From an uncultured Gammaproteobacteria bacterium (lineage in GTDB: Bacteria; Patescibacteriota; Microgenomatia; JAMCZE01), in the NCBI GenBank assembly GCA_964576435.1, contig CAZNUP010000001.1, forward strand, positions 98,345 to 162,344: DNA of 64,000 bases, given 5' to 3'. The notes under the pieces are model-generated. The model saw only the letters and a program-made list of their open reading frames with translations. It did not search any database and was not told the origin of the DNA. Both the position numbers and the translations under genes were made by a program. This document shows, piece by piece, positions 9,523 through 18,038 of this stretch. The stretch's first letter is position 1. Every line of letters starts with the position of its first letter.

Positions 9523-9726
9523 TTAAGAGGGGACTGGGTCAAATCCACCTTTAAAAAACCCATTGCACCTAAGGATCCGTTTCACCCCTAAATAAGTTCC
9601 TCTGATTATACCATGTCGACCAACTGCCTGGAGCATATATTCACTACAAGTTGGGCTAAATCTACAAGTTCCCACAGGAAATGCATAAACCAAATACTTT
9701 CTATATATATTAATAAGTATGGTCAT
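9523..9726 (-). CDS. yidD: Membrane protein insertion efficiency factor YidD
   Basis: 'YRKYLVYAFPVGTCRFSPTCSEYMLQAVGRHGIIRGTYLGVKRILRCNGFFKGGFDPVP' is the conserved YidD (haemolytic domain) sequence. Confidence 0.85.
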   Translation of the reverse strand: MTILINIYRKYLVYAFPVGTCRFSPTCSEYMLQAVGRHGIIRGTYLGVKRILRCNGFFKGGFDPVPS

Positions 9727-10061
9727 ATAAGCTTTGCTCTTCTAAAAACACTCTCCACTTCTAATTTTAACTCTTCTTGTGTTGTTTTAGTTACCAAAGT
9801 CTTAGCTAAAAAAACAATTTCTACATTTTTAGAAAGTCTTGGTAAGAACCCAGAAACTGCATTACTTAGCTTACGCTTACATTCGTGCCTGGTAACAGAG
9901 GATTTACTTATCTTTTTGCTCACAATAAATGCGCATTTAGGCCCAATTTCTTTATCAAAGCTAACGATAATCCCAAAAGAAGGAGCATCATACACTTTTC
10001 CACCTTTGCGGATTCTTTCAAACTCTGAAGTAAGAGGAATTAGTTTTTTTCGAGCAAGCAT
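9723..10061 (-). CDS. rnpA: Ribonuclease P protein component
   Basis: Basic ~110 aa protein with 'FGIIVSKK...' layout. Canonical position between rpmH and yidD. Confidence 0.8.
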   Translation of the reverse strand: MLARKKLIPLTSEFERIRKGGKVYDAPSFGIIVSFDKEIGPKCAFIVSKKISKSSVTRHECKRKLSNAVSGFLPRLSKNVEIVFLAKTLVTKTTQEELKLEVESVFRRAKLI

Positions 10062-10064
10062 TTC

Positions 10065-10202
10065 TTAGATAGAAAGTTTCTTGCGACCCTTGGCCATTCT
10101 TCTTTTAATGACTTTTCGACCGTTTCTAGTAGAAGTCCGAGCCATAAAACCATGTTTTCTAGCTCTTTTTAATTTCTTTGGTTGATAAACTCTCTTTGGC
10201 AT
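10065..10202 (-). CDS. rpmH: 50S ribosomal protein L34
   Basis: '[45 protein letters not shown]' is near-universal L34. The true start is the internal Met of the 70-aa track ORF, so I trimmed the 5' end to 10202. Confidence 0.85.
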   Translation of the reverse strand: MPKRVYQPKKLKRARKHGFMARTSTRNGRKVIKRRMAKGRKKLSI

Positions 10203-10249
10203 ACCTCCGATTATCCTACAAATTGACTCATTTGTACATATTGAAATAT

Positions 10250-10258
10250 TGTGGATAA
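10250..10258. promoter_or_regulatory. Perfect DnaA box (TGTGGATAA = reverse of TTATCCACA) in the rpmH-dnaA divergent spacer
   Basis: Exact 9-mer read in the sequence, 10 nt upstream of the dnaA start codon. Consistent with dnaA autoregulation. Confidence 0.6.
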
Positions 10259-10267
10259 CTTTTAGAA

Positions 10268-11653
10268 TTGGCCTCAATGGACTTAGAAAAAATTTGGCAC
10301 CAAGTTTTAGCCGAGCTTGAAGTTGAACTGGGTAAAAGTCAGTTTAGACTTCACTTCCAAAATTCCGAACTCATTTCCTTTGAAGATGGCATTGCTAAAA
10401 TCAGTTTTCCCAATAAAGGGATTGCTGACCAAGTTAACATTCGCTATTACACCCTCATTCAAAATTCACTTCAAAAAATCTCTTCAATAGACAAAGTTAG
10501 TCTTGTTTTTGAAGTTAAAGTAAAGCCACAAACTAAAACAGAAGACACAAATCCTGAAGAACTAGGTCCACTTTTTAACTCAGAAAGAGAGGACCAAGAA
10601 GAGTTCATTCAAGCGGTTAAGAGAAATGGTCTTCGCTCCGATTTTTCCCTAGATGAATTTTGTGTTTCAACAAGTAATCAGTTAGCTTTCGCCGCCGCTC
10701 AAGCAGTTATTAAAGATCCAGGCAGAAACTATAATCCATTTTTCATTTGGGGCGGAGTTGGAATTGGCAAAACTCACCTAATGCAAGCAATTGGCATAGA
10801 GATCTTGAGAAAAAACCCCAGAGCAAGAATTGTTTATGCTTCCTGCGAGCAATTTACAAATGAAATCATCCAAGGTATAAGGAGCAAAAACACTCATGAT
10901 TTCAAAGAAAAGTATCGTGGAGCAGACGCACTATTAATAGATGACATTCAATTTCTTTCCGGCAAAGACACAGCTCAAGAAGAGTTTTTCCATACTTTTA
11001 ATGCAATCCAACAAAGAGAAGGTCAAATAGTCATGACTTCAGATACTAAGCCTTCAGACATTAAAAATTTAGCTGACAGACTAAAGAGTCGTTTTGAAGG
11101 TGGATTAGTCGCAGACATATCTGCACCCGATTCTGAATTAAAAACAGCTATCTGTCTGCTAAAAGCTCGCAAAAGAGGAGTCGAATTATCCACAACGGTA
11201 GCATCTAGTATATCCAGTAATGTGGATAATATTCGTTCACTAGATGGTGCAATAAAATTAGTTATTTCAACAGCTTCTTCAGAAAATAAAGAAATAACTC
11301 CTGAGTTCGTATCTGAAGTTTTGAAAATTCCTTTAGAACAAGGGTCAGCTGGCAGGCAAACCCTTGATGCTAGAACTATTCTTGATGAGGTTTGTAACTA
11401 CTATGGTCTCTCAATTAAATTAATAAAGGGTGACAAAAGAGATAGACCAATAGCAGAACCTCGCCAAATCCTCATGTACCTCCTAAGGAAACAAACCAAA
11501 ATGACTTTAGATGAAGTCGCTGCCTTCCTTGGGGGAAGAGACCACTCAACTATTATTCATGGCGAAGACAAAATAGAAGCCCTTGTAGAAACAAACGACC
11601 GAATTAAAAAAGATGTCTCCGCTATTGAGCTTCGCCTAGGTGTGACTAACTAG
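10268..11653 (+). CDS. dnaA: Chromosomal replication initiator protein DnaA
   Basis: Walker A '[15 protein letters not shown]', AAA+ core, and C-terminal DnaA-box binding domain ('[38 protein letters not shown]'). Confidence 0.95.
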   Translation: MASMDLEKIWHQVLAELEVELGKSQFRLHFQNSELISFEDGIAKISFPNKGIADQVNIRYYTLIQNSLQKISSIDKVSLVFEVKVKPQTKTEDTNPEELGPLFNSEREDQEEFIQAVKRNGLRSDFSLDEFCVSTSNQLAFAAAQAVIKDPGRNYNPFFIWGGVGIGKTHLMQAIGIEILRKNPRARIVYASCEQFTNEIIQGIRSKNTHDFKEKYRGADALLIDDIQFLSGKDTAQEEFFHTFNAIQQREGQIVMTSDTKPSDIKNLADRLKSRFEGGLVADISAPDSELKTAICLLKARKRGVELSTTVASSISSNVDNIRSLDGAIKLVISTASSENKEITPEFVSEVLKIPLEQGSAGRQTLDARTILDEVCNYYGLSIKLIKGDKRDRPIAEPRQILMYLLRKQTKMTLDEVAAFLGGRDHSTIIHGEDKIEALVETNDRIKKDVSAIELRLGVTN

Positions 11654-11924
11654 GTTTACAACTTTCAAAGAAATGGGGGATATGTGGATATTTTTTCGTG
11701 TCTATAAACATATCAACATTTATCCACAATTGTCCACAAAAGTTATCAACATCTCACCAAGTATTTTATCCACATCAATATTTTTATTTATCTACTAGCC
11801 CCAATCGTCTATCTGTCATTTTCATACCCATATCCACGCTACCTACTACTACTGCTACTAGTTAAAACAAAAGGAAACCGACGGTTGAAAAAAACACTTA
11901 ACCGAAATATTATGTGGGCAACCT
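11654..11924. promoter_or_regulatory. Candidate oriC: AT-rich dnaA-dnaN spacer with at least 6 DnaA boxes
   Basis: TGTGGATAT 11683-11691; TTATCCACA 11720-11728 (perfect); TTGTCCACA 11730-11738; TTATCAACA 11743-11751; TTATCCACA 11766-11774 (perfect); TATCCACG 11831-11838. Flanked by dnaA and dnaN. Confidence 0.75.
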
Positions 11925-13049
11925 ATGAAGCTAGAAGTCCTACAAGAAAACTTATCGTCCGCTTTGACAACTGCCACAAGAATTATTAGTTCCAAACCTC
12001 AACTTCCTATTCTAACTAATGTCTTCCTCAAGGCCTCAAAAGAGGGAAGTCTCTTAATTGCTTCAAATGTTGATTCTACAATTATTGTTCCGTTTGGATC
12101 TAAAATCATTGACGAAGGTGAAATCTGTGTCCCTGGTAGAACTTTCCAAGAATTAATTTCCTCTCTCCCAAGCGACAAAATAATTCTCGAAGCCAAAGAA
12201 ACCTCTTTAATTGTTAAGGAGTTAAAGTTCCAAGGAAAAATAACTTGCATGCCCGGAAGCGACTTTCCAACGCCTCCCAAAGAACCTAACGCAACAGTTT
12301 GGAAAATGTCAAAGAATACTTTTCAAACCGCACTCAGTGAAACTCTATTTTCAGCAGCTGTTGATGAAACAAGAGCAGTTTTAAACGGTGTTCTATTTAA
12401 ATTTGATGGAAGTGCACCTATGTTGGTTGCAACCGATGGTTTTAGACTCTCTAAATATACACTGGAGTCGGATTCTAAAATTCCCAAGGATTTAACTCAG
12501 TTAGTTCTTCCTTCTAAAGCGCTTCAAGAAGTTTCCAGATTGCTTTCCGATTCAAGTGTTGGTGATTTTGAAATTCATTTTGGAGAAACAAACACCGTTT
12601 CCTTTTTAATTGGAGAAATTGAATTCTATTCACAAACTATTGCTGGTAATTTTCCAAGTTTCGAAAAGATAATTCCCTCAACATTTGACATTAAGATTAA
12701 ATTAAACGCCGAAGAGTTATTAAAATCTATAAAAAGTGCCGCCATTTTCGCAAGAGAAAATGCCAACATTATTAATTTTAATATTCATGACAACACAATG
12801 ACCGTCCGGGCTCAAGGTGGGGAAGTCGGAGAAAATGAAACAGAACTTGATATTGAAGTAGAAAAGCCACCAGTTGGTAGTTTTAGTGTTTCTTTTAATT
12901 TTCGCTATGTTTTAGATTTCCTAGGGAGTTTAAATGGTGCTAAGGACATAACCCTGGAACTTGGTACACCCACTTCTGCTGCGCTTTTTAGACCTATAAA
13001 AGTAGATAATTACCTCCATATTATTATGCCTGTGAGAGTGCAAGGCTAA
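11925..13049 (+). CDS. dnaN: DNA polymerase III beta subunit (sliding clamp)
   Basis: 374 aa. The N-terminal 'MKLEVLQENLSSALTTATRIISSKPQLPILTNVFLKA' is typical of DnaN. Canonical position after dnaA. Confidence 0.9.
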   Translation: MKLEVLQENLSSALTTATRIISSKPQLPILTNVFLKASKEGSLLIASNVDSTIIVPFGSKIIDEGEICVPGRTFQELISSLPSDKIILEAKETSLIVKELKFQGKITCMPGSDFPTPPKEPNATVWKMSKNTFQTALSETLFSAAVDETRAVLNGVLFKFDGSAPMLVATDGFRLSKYTLESDSKIPKDLTQLVLPSKALQEVSRLLSDSSVGDFEIHFGETNTVSFLIGEIEFYSQTIAGNFPSFEKIIPSTFDIKIKLNAEELLKSIKSAAIFARENANIINFNIHDNTMTVRAQGGEVGENETELDIEVEKPPVGSFSVSFNFRYVLDFLGSLNGAKDITLELGTPTSAALFRPIKVDNYLHIIMPVRVQG

Positions 13050-13095
13050 TTTATCTCTCGATTTAAATAACCCATAGTATGATATAATTTAGTTT

Positions 13096-13941
13096 ATGTT
13101 ATTACATAGATTGCTGGGTATCTCTTCGGAAAGAAATTACTCTGACGAACAATTTTTGGCAATTGTGAAGCAAGAAGGGTTTCAAGATAAGATACTTCAG
13201 GAAGATCCAATTAGCAATCCTGATATATCAGAGGCTGCAAGAATCCTATTTTCCTTTATTCCTCCTGTTCCAAACGATCCACGATGGCTCCTCGCTCAAA
13301 AATTTTCTCAATTAAGAGATATGGAGGGAAGGAAACCTGGCTTTGCACTACATAATGGCTTAATGAGCATTTATCTTTCTAAAAATATAAGTTATAGAGA
13401 TGGGTTTGCTTCAACATTGTCCGAACCTAATATTCGCCAACATTGTCGCGCAATGTGGAACATGGAGTTTGCTAGAAAGCTTGAAATGTCTAACAGGCAA
13501 CAGCGCCTACAAATTTCAAATGAATTTTATCTACGGTATGCCCGCACAGAAAGTGTTCAGAGAGGTAAGGATGAAAAGGGAGTTACTGGATGTCCCGAAT
13601 CACTTTCTCAAGTTCAGGCGTTTTATGAGGGAAATTATATAGGTAGAGTAGGATTTAATGCACATATTGAGGGAAGCTCGACAATAATTTCAATTGTTAA
13701 CATGCAAGGTGTTCCCGGTGTTGATTATCGAGAATTTCAAGATCAAGCACAAATACCTATCTTCAATACTCTCGTTAAAGCTGTGAGTACTCTGAGTGAA
13801 ACATTAGATGGGACAAATTATATTGAACTTCGTGGGCTTAAGAACCCAAAAAATGGGGACAGTCGACTATATAACTCCGTGTTAAAAAGAGAAAAGATTG
13901 ACCGTTATCACTATAAGCATAAACAAAGAGTAACTAGTTAG
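13096..13941 (+). CDS. Hypothetical protein (281 aa), no recognisable motif
   Basis: Long ORF with protein-like composition. It occupies the slot where recF/gyrB usually follow dnaN, and is convergent with the VirB4-like gene. Confidence 0.4.
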   Translation: MLLHRLLGISSERNYSDEQFLAIVKQEGFQDKILQEDPISNPDISEAARILFSFIPPVPNDPRWLLAQKFSQLRDMEGRKPGFALHNGLMSIYLSKNISYRDGFASTLSEPNIRQHCRAMWNMEFARKLEMSNRQQRLQISNEFYLRYARTESVQRGKDEKGVTGCPESLSQVQAFYEGNYIGRVGFNAHIEGSSTIISIVNMQGVPGVDYREFQDQAQIPIFNTLVKAVSTLSETLDGTNYIELRGLKNPKNGDSRLYNSVLKREKIDRYHYKHKQRVTS

Positions 13942-15806
13942 GCTACTCTCACATTTCCAGCCTGAGGTGATGGTGGAGTCGATTTTGTCTTATCAAGTGG
14001 GTTAGTTGTAATTAGTTTGTATTCATCAGGTGAAGCAACTACTCTCATAGCGACATGTGACGCTCCCGCAAAAAATAGTCCCTCTCCAACATTTGCCGAT
14101 AAAAGCAAACTTTTCTCTCCTTCAGATAAATAGAATATGTCGGCCACTTTTTCAATTGCCGCAGGGGACTGTTTCATAAGAATCTGAATAGATGAGTTAG
14201 TGACAACTGTTTTTCCAAGATCCGTTGCCAAAAAATCCTCGATATCTTGAGTAATGGTTGTTAAACCAAGATAATATTTTCGAGCTCTCTTTGCAAAGTT
14301 CCATAAAAATTCTGCTGATGCCGGATCCTTCATTAAATACCACGCTTCATCCACAATTAAGATCCTCTTTTTAATTTCTCGCTTCATTGAGTTCCACATA
14401 AAGTCCATGATAATGAAAATCGCAATACTTCTAAGTTGGTCTTCAAGATTCTTGAAAGAAAAAGCGGTGAAGTTGTTATTAAGTTTGATATTGCTTCGCT
14501 GATTAAAAATCGTCCCAAAGCTTCCTTTAACAAACTTCTCAAGTCTAAGAGCAATATTTTGTGCCGCTGTGGTTTCCATTCCAACAAGTACCTTGTAGAG
14601 ATCTTCTAAGATAGGGGGTTCATTCTTATGTGTGGATGGATCAAAAGTAATTCCTTTCTGTCTGTATGTAAGTTCCAGTGCGTTGTGAAGAATTGCCTCT
14701 TCTTCAGCTGTCGTTGTCCCAACCATTAGCTTTAAAAGCCTAATAAGCGTAAATCCGATTTTGTACTGCAAATCATTTTCTTGTGGGTCATCGTTAGTTC
14801 CCGCCAGATCAAATGGATTAATGTGGGTATCACTTGAGAAAGAGAATGAAATATAGTCACCACCAACGCTTTCTGCTAAGGGCTTATATTCTTCTTCAGG
14901 ATCAATAATGATCACTCCCGCTCCAAACATTAGTGACCGAAGTGCCTCAAGTTTAACAAGGAAAGATTTTCCGCCTCCCGACTTTCCAAGCACAACCTCA
15001 TTAGCATTTTCCATGCTAAACCTATCAAAAATTATTAGTGAATCATTGTGCTCATTAATCCCATATAAAACACCTTGGTTAGCAGTAAGTTCTGATGAAG
15101 TAAATGGAAATGTTGTAGCCAGGGAAGTTGTGTCCATATTTCTTGTGATCATCAGTTTATCGACACAAAACGGTTGTGTTGTCTTAAATGCATCCTCCAT
15201 TTGAAGTGCTGATCTTTTTCCAATGAGAAGTAGGGAAGCAAGTGTTGACTCAACCTGTTTTGAAATTTGGTTAAGGTCAGGGAGATTTTCCGCTGACACC
15301 GTCACATATAAACCAAACTGGAAAAATCTCTCCGCCCCCTTGGCTAGTTGCTCCTGCATCGATAAAGCATCGTCAAGTGCTACTTGGACGGATGGATCAA
15401 TAACCCGGCCTCTTTTAATGTCACTTTCAATAGTCGCCTCCATCTCAGCAATCTTTCTCTTAAGATTGTTAAGAATATCTCTTGATTCAACTGGATATAT
15501 AAACATTGCCACATCCATCGAAGAGTCGAAATTGATAATAGGTGATAGCCAATTTGCTGCTACAAACCTTGGGTATCCAGATACAAACAGCGATCTATAG
15601 TAAGCGTTACCAATCTTCAAATAGTCAAAATCCACTTCTATGGATTCAGGGGCAATCAGATCAACAACCGGTGAATCTGGCATTTTAATTTGTGGACCTT
15701 TGTCTTTGATATCGCTCTGATTAACGCTCGCAAACGCTGGTCCCGCACTCTCAACTTGAGGTTTAGGAGGTGGGGCGCTTTTAGATAAAAATGTTGGTAA
15801 TTTCAT
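13938..15806 (-). CDS. VirB4/TrbE/PrgJ-like type IV secretion ATPase, central plus C-terminal ATPase part
   Basis: Walker A 'GKSGGGKSF', Walker B 'ILIVDEAWYLM'. The central 'YYRSLFVSGYPRFVAANWLSPII' region is typical of VirB4 (yxrtl.v..yP...). Size and layout match the CagE/TrbE/VirB4 family. Confidence 0.8.
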   Translation of the reverse strand: MKLPTFLSKSAPPPKPQVESAGPAFASVNQSDIKDKGPQIKMPDSPVVDLIAPESIEVDFDYLKIGNAYYRSLFVSGYPRFVAANWLSPIINFDSSMDVAMFIYPVESRDILNNLKRKIAEMEATIESDIKRGRVIDPSVQVALDDALSMQEQLAKGAERFFQFGLYVTVSAENLPDLNQISKQVESTLASLLLIGKRSALQMEDAFKTTQPFCVDKLMITRNMDTTSLATTFPFTSSELTANQGVLYGINEHNDSLIIFDRFSMENANEVVLGKSGGGKSFLVKLEALRSLMFGAGVIIIDPEEEYKPLAESVGGDYISFSFSSDTHINPFDLAGTNDDPQENDLQYKIGFTLIRLLKLMVGTTTAEEEAILHNALELTYRQKGITFDPSTHKNEPPILEDLYKVLVGMETTAAQNIALRLEKFVKGSFGTIFNQRSNIKLNNNFTAFSFKNLEDQLRSIAIFIIMDFMWNSMKREIKKRILIVDEAWYLMKDPASAEFLWNFAKRARKYYLGLTTITQDIEDFLATDLGKTVVTNSSIQILMKQSPAAIEKVADIFYLSEGEKSLLLSANVGEGLFFAGASHVAMRVVASPDEYKLITTNPLDKTKSTPPSPQAGNVRVA

Positions 15807-16471
15807 TATGTTTTAATTCCAGACATAGCCGCTTCATTTTTCCCAGCCACCTTGTCATGGTTATATATATCGTAGAAAAGTTCAATAAGCTCAGTTGTGG
15901 TCATTTGTCTTGCTCTAAGCCCCAGTCTTCCAACCTGCCTTAAGATGTGATCCCTTTTAGGAAGCAGTGATAATTTTGACTTCTCAAGTATCCGCTCCAA
16001 AGGAAGTGGCAATCCCTGTTTTTTCTTAATATTAAGGACACTTCCAGTAGCCGATCCAACCCCAAGTTCTAAAGAGCTAAATGGAATAACAATGTAAAAC
16101 TTTTTATCTAAAACATTATTATCTTTAACAGTTTGAACAATAAACTCTTTATATTTCTTAATCTGTTCCTTAAGAAGGGGATTAGTTTGTTTTCGTTCCT
16201 CGGTTTCCAAACTAGCGACATATTTGGAAATATCTTTTCTTTGACTTCGAACCACAATTTGAATCGAAAAATTAAGAGAATTTAAAAGTCCAGCATATGC
16301 AAAAATCATTGCCTCCTGTTCGGATTCGGATAACAGTCCAAAGTTAACTGCAGACACACGAATTACCAAGGCCACAGACCCATCTTTAAGAATCACCAAG
16401 TCGTCTCTAATATCAGCAACTTCCAAGTGATCTTGTGTCGTTCCTCTGATTGCAATTTTTGCTGTATCCAT
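15806..16471 (-). CDS. VirB4 N-terminal domain-like protein (separately encoded; translationally coupled to the downstream ATPase ORF)
   Basis: 'HLEVADIRDDLVILKDGSVALVIRVSAVNFGLLSESEQEAMIFAYAGLLNSL' follows the VirB4 N-terminal pattern (vdd..ltkdGsl.a.l.l.G.df..ls.eel...l..L). Its stop overlaps the next ATG as TAATG at 15804-15808. Confidence 0.5.
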   Translation of the reverse strand: MDTAKIAIRGTTQDHLEVADIRDDLVILKDGSVALVIRVSAVNFGLLSESEQEAMIFAYAGLLNSLNFSIQIVVRSQRKDISKYVASLETEERKQTNPLLKEQIKKYKEFIVQTVKDNNVLDKKFYIVIPFSSLELGVGSATGSVLNIKKKQGLPLPLERILEKSKLSLLPKRDHILRQVGRLGLRARQMTTTELIELFYDIYNHDKVAGKNEAAMSGIKT

Positions 16472-17910
16472 TAGTTTTGTACCTCCTGAGCTTTAGCTCT
16501 TATTTGAATTGGTTTAAGAACTGATCCGTCAAGTGCTATCTTCCAAACATCAAATACTTGTCCTGCTTTCTCAAGTTCCAAATAGTATTCTCCAGACGGA
16601 AGTGGAGTATTAGCAATGAAATTGCCCAGTCTACTTGTTCGGAGAGCCCTAACTGAATTTGCCTGCATGTCTTTAATTGTAATAATTACACCGTCAAGTG
16701 GCACTCCATTAGAATCATAAACGAGTCCATTAACTACATTTGGTTGACTAGTAAGTGCTACAGGCATCGGATCAGAAACAACTTGAGGTTTAGGTTTGGG
16801 AACTGCATTTGGATCTCTAAACGGTTCTTTATAAGCTGGTTGCGATAGAGGTGCTACTTTCTGAAGTGTCATTTCCTCTCTCGCCTTTCCAACTTCAGAG
16901 TAGACCTGGTTTTTTTCTTCAACCAATTTCTCAAGTTGTGGCATCAATTTTGAAGCATCTCCACCAGATTCGTTAATGTTATAAATCTGGTTTCTAAGTT
17001 CATCAACTTTCATCATGATTTCTTTATTCTTTTCTGAAAGCTCATTAAGTCGTGCTTCTTTCAGAGACAAATCACTATCGGATTTCTCCATTGTTGCTGT
17101 TGTTGTGTGTTCTCGCTGTGTCATAAGGTCATCAATTGTCATTGCTGGAGTTGGAGGTTCAGAATTTGTTGATTGTTGTCTTTGTTTTAAAAGCTCATCA
17201 ATTGACAAAGCTCCTGCTACTCCAGAATTAACCGGAGGTGTCGTCTCTATGTGGTTCGGTGTCACAGATTGTGGCGTTTGTTGTGTTTCTGTTTGTGGAA
17301 CAGGTTGAGGTGCAAGGACGGGCGCCATGGGTGTTTGTGGTGTAATGGGCGTAGGTGAAGGTGTTTGAATTGGCTGAATGGTCGGAGTTTCAGTGACTGG
17401 TGTACTAGACATCGTTGTTTGTTGTGCCTCGACAGGTTGTGTCGGCTGTACAACCGGTGCAACAGGTGTTAGTGGTGCAATTGGGGTTGGCGGGGGAGTA
17501 ACTGGAGTTGGTTTTGGTCCAACATTGTCAGCAGCCATTAAAGGTAGTGTTTCATTGTGAGTCCCAAGTGGCACAAATCCTTGTTTAACTTCAGGTGGTT
17601 TCTCAACAGATACTTGTTGTGCATCTTTTCTCCACGTAAAGTATGTTGGTCTGTAAATTGCCTTGAAGAAGTTGGCTAGCCAAACATCAAGTGGTCTTTC
17701 TTGAATTGGTAAAAACGCGAGTGCAACACCAAAGAAAGCAAAAAATATCACCAGTGGCCATTTGATTATCGGGTGGAGTCCTGAAGCAAAAAATAAATAT
17801 GCAAGAATCGCTCCTCCAGCTAATTCTCCAAACTGCTTAAGCGTCATGTCACCAACCAGTTTGAATTTGAACCCTGTAATATCTTGCGGTACTGCGTGCT
17901 GTTCCATCAA
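16471..17910 (-). CDS. PrgI/VirB3-like two-TM T4SS membrane protein with a long C-terminal extension (Pro/Thr-rich linker, coiled coil, C-terminal beta-sandwich-like domain)
   Basis: The N-terminal 'DITGFKFKLVGDMTLKQFGELAGGAILAYLFF' plus a second TM helix resembles the PrgI family (VirB3 analog). It sits immediately upstream of the VirB4 ORFs and overlaps the next gene by 1 nt. aa ~115-230 are PT-rich, aa ~280-350 coiled coil, and the C-terminal ~85 aa are beta-rich. Confidence 0.5.
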   Translation of the reverse strand: MMEQHAVPQDITGFKFKLVGDMTLKQFGELAGGAILAYLFFASGLHPIIKWPLVIFFAFFGVALAFLPIQERPLDVWLANFFKAIYRPTYFTWRKDAQQVSVEKPPEVKQGFVPLGTHNETLPLMAADNVGPKPTPVTPPPTPIAPLTPVAPVVQPTQPVEAQQTTMSSTPVTETPTIQPIQTPSPTPITPQTPMAPVLAPQPVPQTETQQTPQSVTPNHIETTPPVNSGVAGALSIDELLKQRQQSTNSEPPTPAMTIDDLMTQREHTTTATMEKSDSDLSLKEARLNELSEKNKEIMMKVDELRNQIYNINESGGDASKLMPQLEKLVEEKNQVYSEVGKAREEMTLQKVAPLSQPAYKEPFRDPNAVPKPKPQVVSDPMPVALTSQPNVVNGLVYDSNGVPLDGVIITIKDMQANSVRALRTSRLGNFIANTPLPSGEYYLELEKAGQVFDVWKIALDGSVLKPIQIRAKAQEVQN

Positions 17911-17927
17911 CTATACCCCGAAGATTA

Positions 17928-17957
17928 TTGTCAAAATTTCGGGCAGAAAAATAATAT
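17928..17957 (+). promoter_or_regulatory. Possible sigma70-like promoter (TTGTCA-18 nt-TAATAT) upstream of the NUDIX gene at 18039
   Basis: Hexamers read directly from the sequence. Spacing of 18 nt. AT-rich context. Purely a pattern match. Confidence 0.25.
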
Positions 17958-18038
17958 ACACAGATCATCCTAACAACCCAAATATGAAAAACAATAGGGG
18001 AGTGATTTTCACATACAATTAGTTATAATTTAGATATT

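Noticed and set aside
10065-10277. 70-aa version of the L34 ORF with a 25-aa N-terminal extension
   Set aside because: L34 is universally about 44-46 aa and begins MKRT/MPKR. The internal Met at 10202 gives the canonical protein, so the extension was discarded.
15780-15830. Calling the split VirB4 a pseudogene
   Set aside because: The junction is an exact TAATG overlap with both ORFs intact to their ends, which is equally compatible with a functional two-subunit arrangement. It is reported as a finding to be checked, not as a pseudogene.
17915-17945. Inverted repeat 'ccccgaag...ttcggg' as a transcription terminator
   Set aside because: The stem is short and imperfect, the loop is about 15 nt, and no T-tract follows. 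It lies 5' of both flanking genes, so a regulatory or promoter role is more plausible than termination.
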